14,203 bases of DNA from an uncultured Chloroflexia bacterium (GTDB lineage: Bacteria; Chloroflexota; Limnocylindria; Limnocylindrales; CSP1-4): NCBI GenBank assembly GCA_963833225.1, contig CAWHXD010000002.1:1-14203 (forward strand), in the 5' to 3' direction. The position numbers were made by a program, and so were the translations under genes. Of this stretch, positions 7,749 through 14,203 are shown one piece after another. How positions within the stretch are numbered: position 1 is the stretch's first letter; each line of letters starts with the position of its first letter. The notes under the pieces were generated by a model. The model was not told the origin of the DNA. It did not search any database and saw only the letters and a list, made by a program, of their open reading frames with translations.

Positions 7749-8429
7749 ATGCTCCATCGGCGCTGGTTCCCGGATCACATCGACGGTGACCTCGTCGTGC
7801 TCCGCCGGCACACGCGGGAGAACCTGCGCGACTTCCTGCGCTGGTATCAGGACCCCGAGGTGGCCCGGCTGACCCGCTACCAGGACGCCCCCATGCGACC
7901 CGACGAGGTCGAGCGCTTCTTCATGATGCGGGCGATGGGTCCCGAGGCGATGGCGATGGGGATCCACGTTCGGGCAACGGATCGGCTGATCGGGACGTGC
8001 GCCTTCTCTCAGCTCGACGCCGACAACGGCTCGGTCCTGTTCCACATCACGATCGGCGAGCACGATGCGTGGGGCCGGGGCTATGGCAGCGAGGCCACCC
8101 GGCTCATGGTCGACCACGCGTTCGGCACGCTGGGCATGCATCGCGTGGCGCTGTCGGTGTTCGCGTTCAACCAGCGCGCGATTCGGGCCTACGAACGAGT
8201 CGGGTTCGTGACGGAGGGCCAGGCCCGGGAGGCGATCTGGCGCGACGGCCGCTGGTGGGACGAGATCCACATGAGCGTGATCGAGCCCGAGTGGCGGGCG
8301 GCCCGCTGGCAAGAGCGGGCGGCCGCGGACGGGCGAACGGAGAGAGACGGCCAGGCACCGGGGGTCGGCGGCCACGGCGTCGGGGGCTCCGTTGGCGGTG
8401 CGCCGATCACGCCGCGCGGAGGACCGTGA
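7749..8429 (+). CDS. GNAT N-acetyltransferase, RimJ/RimL family (226 aa)
   Basis: VVLRR, LIGTCAF, ITIGEHDAWGRGYGSEA (acetyl-CoA motif A), LGMHRVALSVFAFNQRAIRAYERVGFVTEG, DGRWWDEIHMSV. Confidence 0.92.
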   Translation: MLHRRWFPDHIDGDLVVLRRHTRENLRDFLRWYQDPEVARLTRYQDAPMRPDEVERFFMMRAMGPEAMAMGIHVRATDRLIGTCAFSQLDADNGSVLFHITIGEHDAWGRGYGSEATRLMVDHAFGTLGMHRVALSVFAFNQRAIRAYERVGFVTEGQAREAIWRDGRWWDEIHMSVIEPEWRAARWQERAAADGRTERDGQAPGVGGHGVGGSVGGAPITPRGGP

Positions 8430-8431
8430 CC

Positions 8432-8710
8432 ATGGTGAGCCAGGGCGCTGCCGCCGGTGCGGCTCGTGGAGCCTTCAGGGAACAGGTGGACGCGAAGGGT
8501 CACGCGGTCGAGAACGCGCGCCGGGCGGTCGATGGGCTCGAGGGGGCATTCTCCGCGGGCGCGCTTCGCCGGACGCCCGCCCTCGACGCGATGCTGGCGG
8601 ACCTCGCTGTCGCGCTCGAGCAGGACGAGGGCCAGAAGCTGGGCGGGAAGAGCGCGGAGGCCGCCCGGTTCATCCTGCGGGCGATCTCGCGCGAGCTCGA
8701 CAATGCCTGA
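8432..8710 (+). CDS. Small alpha-helical hypothetical protein (92 aa)
   Basis: GGAGG at 8418-8422, ATG 2 nt after the GNAT stop (GTG 8426 overlaps it). Strong GC3 bias and amphipathic helices. Confidence 0.8.
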   Translation: MVSQGAAAGAARGAFREQVDAKGHAVENARRAVDGLEGAFSAGALRRTPALDAMLADLAVALEQDEGQKLGGKSAEAARFILRAISRELDNA

Positions 8711-8757
8711 GCGACGAGCCGTCCGGGCCGCAGCCTCGCTGACCACGCACGCCAGCC

Positions 8758-8779
8758 GCGCGATGCCCGGTCATCGCGC
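8758..8779. terminator. Hairpin between convergent genes, possible terminator
   Basis: GCGCGATG-cccggt-CATCGCGC, 8-bp stem, no U-tract. Confidence 0.3.
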
Positions 8780-8841
8780 CATGCCTACCAGACATCGCTT
8801 CGGGATCGAATGACGGCGGTGCCGGCACCGCGTGGCGCCGG

Positions 8842-9159
8842 TCAGTCCAGCCCGAGGTCGCAGCGGCGGCGCGCGTCCAGCAGGGCCAGGCGCGTGTGGA
8901 GCGGCAGCGCTTCGAGCCGCGGCGTGAGCTCGGCGTCGAGCGTGGTCACGATCTGCGGCAGCACGGCGGCCACCGTGGCATCGAGCGCCTCGTCGAGGGC
9001 GCGCTCCTCGGTCTCCTGGATCGCATCGCGGTCAAGCCGGCCGGCAAGGCTCCGGGCGATGTCGCGGAGGTCGCGCGACAGGCACGAGCTCGGTCCCGGT
9101 ACGTGCAGGACCGAAGGCGCCGCCCGCGAATGGACTGTGGGGGGGCGTGTTTCGAGCAT
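8842..9159 (-). CDS. Hypothetical protein (105 aa)
   Basis: GGAGG 8 nt before ATG 9159. Helical sequence SRDLRDIARSLAGRL...RLALLDARRRCDLGLD with GC3 bias. Confidence 0.7.
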   Translation of the reverse strand: MLETRPPTVHSRAAPSVLHVPGPSSCLSRDLRDIARSLAGRLDRDAIQETEERALDEALDATVAAVLPQIVTTLDAELTPRLEALPLHTRLALLDARRRCDLGLD

Positions 9160-9371
9160 CGGACTGACCTCCGGGGTCGGCGCGGCGTGCGGCTCACGGG
9201 ACGCACCGTCCACACCGGTCACTCCCACGGTCTCCCAGACGGGCCGCGGATCCAAGTGCCATCCGGCTCGGCCCGTGGGGCAGGGCCCGGTCCGGCTTGC
9301 CACGGGGCGGCGGAAGCGCGCCCTCGGCGACATGCTGGCGGTCGCATCGTCGGCCATGCGACCATTGGTCC

Positions 9372-10322
9372 ATGAGTGATCTGAAGCTGGGTGTTCTCCT
9401 CTGGAACCAGGCCACCGACTGGCCGTCGTACCTGGCCGCCGCGCAACAGGTCGACGACCTGGGCTACGACCACATCTGGGCCTGGGACCATGTGTACGCG
9501 ATCTTCGGCGACCCCTACCAGCCGATCTTCGAGGGCTGGGCGTCGCTCGCCGCGCTCGCCACCGCGACCACCCGCGCCAGGCTCGGGCTGCTGGTCGGTG
9601 CCAACACCCTGCGCAACCCCGGGCTTGTCGCCAAGATCGTCGTCACGCTCGACCACATCTCGGAGGGTCGGGCGATCCTCGGTCTCGGTGGCGCGTGGGC
9701 CGAGATCGAGCACACGTCCTTCGGAATCGAGTTCGGGTCCGGCTTCGGACAGCGGCTCGACTGGCTGGACGAGTCGGTGGCCGCCTGCCGCGCGCTGCTC
9801 GCGGGCGAGACGGTGACCTCGGCACCGGGTGGCCGGTACGCGTTCGATGGCCTGCGAATGGTCCCGGGTCCGATCCAGGCCCAGCTGCCGATCATGATCG
9901 GGGGCGGCGGCGAGAAGAAGACCTTGCGCACGGTGGCCCGCTACGCGGACATGTGGAACGGCATGGGCACGCTCGAGACGATGACCCGCAAGGTGGCGGT
10001 GCTCCGCCGGCATTGCGAGGACGTGGGGCGAGATCCGTCCGAGATCGAGTTCACGCTCGGGCTCAAGGCCACGATCCGCGACTCGGAGGCCGAAGCCGTC
10101 CGGGTATGGAAGGCGGCGATGGAGCACAACCAGACGCCGATGGCCGACGTCGAGTCCGACGAGACGTTCTGGAACGGCACGCCGGAGCAGCTCGCCGAGC
10201 GGCTCGCGCCGTACCTCGAGCTTGGCTTCACGACCGCCATCACCGAGCAGCCAGCCCCGTACGACACCGAGACGCTCGAGCGCCTCATCGGTCAGGTCAA
10301 GCCGCTCGTGGATCGCGGCTGA
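9372..10322 (+). CDS. LLM-class (luciferase-like) flavin-dependent oxidoreductase, probably F420-dependent (316 aa)
   Basis: GYDHIWAWDH, EGWASLAALA, RNPGLVAK, LDHISEGRAILGLG.W...EH, PIMIGGGGEKKTLRTVARYADMWN. ATG 9372 lies 6 nt after GACCAT. Confidence 0.92.
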   Translation: MSDLKLGVLLWNQATDWPSYLAAAQQVDDLGYDHIWAWDHVYAIFGDPYQPIFEGWASLAALATATTRARLGLLVGANTLRNPGLVAKIVVTLDHISEGRAILGLGGAWAEIEHTSFGIEFGSGFGQRLDWLDESVAACRALLAGETVTSAPGGRYAFDGLRMVPGPIQAQLPIMIGGGGEKKTLRTVARYADMWNGMGTLETMTRKVAVLRRHCEDVGRDPSEIEFTLGLKATIRDSEAEAVRVWKAAMEHNQTPMADVESDETFWNGTPEQLAERLAPYLELGFTTAITEQPAPYDTETLERLIGQVKPLVDRG

Positions 10323-10361
10323 CCGCCCGTCGCCGATGACCGCGATGGAGCCGCGTGCCGG

Positions 10362-11603
10362 ATGACAGCCACCGAGGCGGGTGGACACGCCGCGACCGTC
10401 GAGTTCGACCACGTGACCAAGGTCTACGGTGCCCAGGCCCCGAAACGGGGCACCCCCGGAGCGGTCAACGACCTCTCGCTGACCGTGGCGGCCGGCAGGA
10501 TCTGCGTCCTGGTCGGCCCGTCGGGATGCGGCAAGACGACCTCGCTCAAGATGGTCAACCGGCTGATCGAGCCCACGTCAGGGCGGATCCTGCTCGACGG
10601 CGTGGACGCCGCCACCCGGGACGTCACCGACCTCCGGCGGGGCATCGGGTACGTCATTCAGCAGACCGGCCTGTTCCCGCACCAGACGATCGGCGACAAC
10701 GTGGCCACGGTGCCGCGGCTGCTCGGCTGGCCGAAGCAGCGGCAACGGGAGCGGTCGGAGGAGCTGCTGGCCCTCATCGGCCTCGAGCCCACGACCTATG
10801 CGGGGCGCTACCCGGCCCAGCTCTCGGGTGGCGAGCGCCAGCGGGTGGGCGTCGCCCGGGCGCTCGCCGCGGACCCGCCCATCATGCTCATGGACGAGCC
10901 GTTTGGCGCGGTGGACCCGATCGTGCGCGAGCACCTCCAGAACGAGTTCCTGCGGATCCAGGAGCAGCTGGCGCGAACGATCCTGTTCGTGACCCACGAC
11001 ATCGACGAGGCGATCAAGATGGGCGACGTCGTCGCCGTGTTCCGCGGCGGCGGGGTGGTCGAGCAGTTCGGGCCGCCGGCCGAGATCCTGGCCGCGCCGG
11101 CGTCCGAGTTCGTGGCCCGCTTCGTGGGCGCCGACCGCGGCCTCAAGCGGCTGTCCCTGATGCGCGTCAACGACCTGTCGCTGGAACCTGCGGTGACCGC
11201 GCACGTGGGAGACGACGGGGCCGAGGCCAGGCGCCGCGTCCGCGCGGACCCGTTCCAGTACCTGCTCCTGCTCGACGCGTCCCATCGTCCGATCGGCTGG
11301 ATAGACCAGAACCACGTCCCCGCGTCAGGCCCGCTGCATGCCGACCTCGTGGACTCCACGTCTCCGCTGCTCGACCGCCGCACCACGCTCAAGGACGCGC
11401 TGTCGATGCTGCTGGACGACCTCGTCCAGGCCGGCGTGGTCGTCGATCACCAGGGCGCGTACCGCGGCCTGGTGACGATCGAGGCGGTGATGGCGCGGAT
11501 GCGCGACACGGCCGTGGAGCCCGAGTTCCCCGCCACTGCGCCCGAGGTGGACGACCAGGCGGTTGCCGCCACCTCGGCAACCTCCACCGCGTCGCGGCCA
11601 TGA
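10362..11603 (+). CDS. Osmoprotectant (QAT family) ABC transporter ATP-binding subunit with C-terminal CBS pair, OpuCA/OsmV/ProV-like
   Basis: Walker A GPSGCGKT, LKMVNRLIEPTSG, IGYVIQQ.GLFPH, signature LSGGERQR, Walker B LMDEPF, FVTHD, EFVARFVG. CBS-like tail TTLKDALSMLL...VVD.QGAYRGLVT. Confidence 0.95.
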   Translation: MTATEAGGHAATVEFDHVTKVYGAQAPKRGTPGAVNDLSLTVAAGRICVLVGPSGCGKTTSLKMVNRLIEPTSGRILLDGVDAATRDVTDLRRGIGYVIQQTGLFPHQTIGDNVATVPRLLGWPKQRQRERSEELLALIGLEPTTYAGRYPAQLSGGERQRVGVARALAADPPIMLMDEPFGAVDPIVREHLQNEFLRIQEQLARTILFVTHDIDEAIKMGDVVAVFRGGGVVEQFGPPAEILAAPASEFVARFVGADRGLKRLSLMRVNDLSLEPAVTAHVGDDGAEARRRVRADPFQYLLLLDASHRPIGWIDQNHVPASGPLHADLVDSTSPLLDRRTTLKDALSMLLDDLVQAGVVVDHQGAYRGLVTIEAVMARMRDTAVEPEFPATAPEVDDQAVAATSATSTASRP

Positions 11604-12292
11604 TCGACTGGGGGTGGATGGGCGATCACGTCGACGAGCTCGCCTCGCGGCTCGTCCAGCACCTCTACCTGGCGCTCATCGCCCTGACGGTCGGGTTCGT
11701 CATCTCGTTCGGGCTCGCGATCCTGGCGGTCCGCCGGCGGCGCCTCTACCCGCCCGTCACGGCCGTGGCCGGGATCCTGTACACCATCCCGAGCCTTGCC
11801 ATGTTCGCCGCGCTGGTCCCGATCACGGGCCTGTCACTGCTGACCGCGGAGGTCCCGCTGATCCTGTACACGCTGCTGATCTTCGTGCGCAACATCGTGG
11901 CCGGGTTCGACGCCGTGCCGGCCGAGGTGATCGAGGCCGCGGACGGCATGGGCTACCCGCGCGGGCTCCGGATGTGGCGCGTCGAGCTGCCGCTGGCCGT
12001 GCCCCTGATCGTCGCCGGCGTCCGCGTGGCGAGCGTGTCCACGATCGGCCTGGTGACCGTGTCGGGCGCCATCGGCGATCGTTTCGGCGGCCTGGGGTTC
12101 TTCATCTTCGAGGGCTATCGGCGCGGGTTCCCAACCGAGATCCTGTTCGGGGCCGTGCCGGCGATGGTGCTCGCGGTCGTGGTTGACCTGGTGCTGGTGG
12201 CCGTCCAGCGTCGCGCCACACCCTGGTCCCAGCCGGTTGGCGCGGCAGTCCAGGGCGACTCCGTCACCTCGCGTGCGGTGGCCAGCGTGTGA
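11600..12292 (+). CDS. Osmoprotectant ABC transporter permease (230 aa)
   Basis: ATGA overlap with the ATPase stop. LYTIPSLA, EAA motif VIEAADGMG, VELPLAVPLI, GGLG. Confidence 0.93.
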   Translation: MIDWGWMGDHVDELASRLVQHLYLALIALTVGFVISFGLAILAVRRRRLYPPVTAVAGILYTIPSLAMFAALVPITGLSLLTAEVPLILYTLLIFVRNIVAGFDAVPAEVIEAADGMGYPRGLRMWRVELPLAVPLIVAGVRVASVSTIGLVTVSGAIGDRFGGLGFFIFEGYRRGFPTEILFGAVPAMVLAVVVDLVLVAVQRRATPWSQPVGAAVQGDSVTSRAVASV

Positions 12293-13041
12293 TGGACATC
12301 GCGAGCGAGACCATCGCCTGGCTCACGAACCCCGTCCACTGGTCGGGGCCGTCCGGGATCCCGGTGCGCGTGGGCGAGCACCTGGCGCTGTCGCTGGGCG
12401 CGTTGCTGGTCGCCGGGCTGCTCGCGCTGCCCCTCGGCGTCTGGGTCGGCCACACCGGGCGGGGCGCCCGGATCGCCATCAACGCGGCGAACCTCGGGCG
12501 CGCGATCCCCTCGCTCGCCTTGATCGGAATCGTCGTCCCGTTCACGCAGGCACTGGACCCGCGACTGGGCTTCATCGTGCTGCCGACGTTCATCGCCATG
12601 ATCGCCCTGGCGATCCCTCCCATCCTCGTCAACGCCTTCACGGGGGTCGCCGAGGTCGACCGTGACCTCACCGAGGCCGCACGGGGTATGGGCCTGACCG
12701 AGCTCCAGGTGCTGCGCGGCGTCGAGCTGCCGCTCGCGGTTCCGGTGATCGCCGGCGGTCTCGGATCCGCGGCAGTCCAGGTCATCGCCACCGCGACCCT
12801 GGGGGCGATCTTCGGGTTCGGCGGGCTGGGCAGCTACCTGACCGAGGGGATCTCGCAGCGCGACTTCGGGATGGTGTTCAGCGGGGTCGTGCTGGTGGCG
12901 GTGCTCGCACTGGCGGCCGAGGCGACGTTCACGCTGCTGGGCCGGGCGCTGACCTCGCCAGGAGTGATGGTGGCACGGTCGGGAGCCTTGCGCGAGGCGG
13001 TCGAGCGGTCGCGGGACGGCCCCGAGATGGCCGGGCTCTGA
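12289..13041 (+). CDS. Osmoprotectant ABC transporter permease (second)
   Basis: GTG 12289/ATG 12292 overlaps the previous stop. GRAIPSLA, LAIPPILVN, EAARGMG, VELPLAVP, VQVIATATL, GGLG. Confidence 0.93.
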   Translation: MMDIASETIAWLTNPVHWSGPSGIPVRVGEHLALSLGALLVAGLLALPLGVWVGHTGRGARIAINAANLGRAIPSLALIGIVVPFTQALDPRLGFIVLPTFIAMIALAIPPILVNAFTGVAEVDRDLTEAARGMGLTELQVLRGVELPLAVPVIAGGLGSAAVQVIATATLGAIFGFGGLGSYLTEGISQRDFGMVFSGVVLVAVLALAAEATFTLLGRALTSPGVMVARSGALREAVERSRDGPEMAGL

Positions 13042-13101
13042 TCGGCCGACCGGTGATCACGCCGGAGCGTCCGGGTACCAGACAGGATCTGGCGGCGCCG
13101 C

Positions 13102-13110
13102 TGGTATGGT
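13102..13110 (+). promoter_or_regulatory. Extended -10 promoter (TG-G-TATGGT) upstream of the binding-protein gene
   Basis: TGnTAnnnT in the 115-nt gap, followed by AGGAGAGGAG RBS before ATG 13157. Confidence 0.5.
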
Positions 13111-13156
13111 TCCCACACGCCGGTGCCCGCCGGCAGCAGCCAGGAGAGGAGACCCA

Positions 13157-14071
13157 ATGCGGCTTTCCCGCACGCTCGCCCTCGGGGCGACGGTGCTGGT
13201 GCTGATGGTCAGCGCCTGCTCGTCGGGAGGGGGCAGCAAGCCCACCATCAAGGTCGGATCCGTCGGTTTCGATGAGGCGCGGATCGTGGCCGAAGCCTAT
13301 GCCCAGGTGCTCGAGAACGCGGGGTACACGGTCAATCGGGACGGGATCGGCCTCGGCGATCGGTCCGTCCTGCTGCCGGCCCTCGAGAGCGGTCAGATCG
13401 ATCTCCAGCCCGAGTACATCGGTTCCGGTCTCGGCGCCGGGTATGGCGGAACACCCACCGGGGACCCTGCCCACAACCAGCAGGCCCTGCAGGACATCCT
13501 CAAGACCAAGGGCGGCGGGATCACGGTCCTCGACTACACACCCGCCCAGGATCAGAACGCGTTCGTCGTCCGCAAGGAGACCGCCGACGCCCTGTCACTG
13601 ACCAAGATGAGCGACGTGGCCGCCGTCCAGGACCAGCTGAAGCTCGGCCTGGCCAAGGACTGCCCGACCAATCCGCTGTGTGCCGGCGCCCTCAAGGACG
13701 CCTACGGCATCGACACCTCCAACGCCACCCTGCTCGACGCGTGCTCGACGCCCATGGCGCAGGCACTGGCGGGCAAGACGATCGACCTGGGAGAGCTGTG
13801 CTCGACACAGCCGGACATCATCGTGGACAACTTCGTCCTGCTCCAGGACGACAAGATGACCCAGCCTGCTGACAACATCGCCCCGCTGGTCAGGGATGAC
13901 CTCCTGGCCAAGGTGGGCGACAAGGCGGCGTTCGAGAAGCTGCTCAATGACCTGTCGGCCAAGATCGATACCCCGACGCTGGCCGACCTGTACAAGCAGG
14001 TGAGCGTGGACAAGAAGGACATCAAGGATGTCGTGTCCACGTGGCTCAAGGCGCAGGGCCTGATCAACTAG
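13157..14071 (+). CDS. ABC transporter substrate-binding lipoprotein, OpuAC/OsmX/ProX family (304 aa)
   Basis: RBS AGGAG, lipobox VSA-C, IKVGS.GF.E, ALESGQIDL.PEY.GS, PAQDQNAFVV, FVLLQDDK, PADNIAPLVR, WLK..GL C-terminus. Confidence 0.93.
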   Translation: MRLSRTLALGATVLVLMVSACSSGGGSKPTIKVGSVGFDEARIVAEAYAQVLENAGYTVNRDGIGLGDRSVLLPALESGQIDLQPEYIGSGLGAGYGGTPTGDPAHNQQALQDILKTKGGGITVLDYTPAQDQNAFVVRKETADALSLTKMSDVAAVQDQLKLGLAKDCPTNPLCAGALKDAYGIDTSNATLLDACSTPMAQALAGKTIDLGELCSTQPDIIVDNFVLLQDDKMTQPADNIAPLVRDDLLAKVGDKAAFEKLLNDLSAKIDTPTLADLYKQVSVDKKDIKDVVSTWLKAQGLIN

Positions 14072-14092
14072 ACCCCACGCCAACTCGAACCA

Positions 14093-14118
14093 AGGGCCCC
14101 GGCACCCGCCGGGGCCCT
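14093..14118 (+). terminator. Strong GC hairpin after the ABC operon, likely terminator
   Basis: AGGGCCCCGGC-accc-GCCGGGGCCCT, perfect 11-bp stem 21 nt after the stop. No U-tract on +. Confidence 0.7.
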
Positions 14119-14142
14119 CGCGTATCGGGGAGCTGCGGCAAA

Positions 14143-14197
14143 GGGGCCCTGGCCGAGCGTGGGAGGCCCCTGGCCGAGCGTGGGGGCCCTTGCCCAG
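14143..14197. repeat. Short tandem repeat, ~21-bp unit (GGCCC[C]TGGCCGAGCGTGGG), 2 copies plus a degenerate third
   Basis: ggggccctggccgagcgtggg / aggcccctggccgagcgtggg / ggcccttgcccag. Confidence 0.7.
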
Positions 14198-14203
14198 GGC
14201 CTG

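Noticed and set aside
7749-8710. GNAT toxin-antitoxin pair
   Set aside because: The GNAT is RimJ/RimL-type rather than AtaT/TacT-type, and the small ORF is downstream with no ribbon-helix-helix pattern.

Overview
High-GC bacterial chromosomal window. Gene style suggests Chloroflexota or Actinomycetota (inference only). No mobile element or CRISPR array is visible. Left to right: a secreted Pro/Thr/Lys-repeat protein (truncated at the window edge), a membrane-anchored degenerate NERD-like protein, a complete tRNA gene with the rare anticodon UAU (tRNA-Ile reading AUA), and two small hypothetical genes. Next is a divergent pair: a PLP class-V C-S lyase (C-DES-like, no catalytic Cys loop) and a two-domain rhodanese whose active-site Cys is replaced by Asp. 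Then come an internally duplicated Sm-like/DUF6812-type protein, an ATP-dependent DNA ligase divergent from a RimJ/RimL GNAT plus a small ORF, a hypothetical gene, an LLM-class (probably F420) oxidoreductase, and a four-gene OpuC/OsmVWXY-type ABC importer with an atypical binding protein. Three genes carry 1-2 nt frameshifts in repeats or homopolymers, probably assembly errors. Several genes look leaderless, with compact bidirectional -10 elements. The most notable items are tRNA-Ile(UAU) and the Cys-less sulfur-handling pair next to it.
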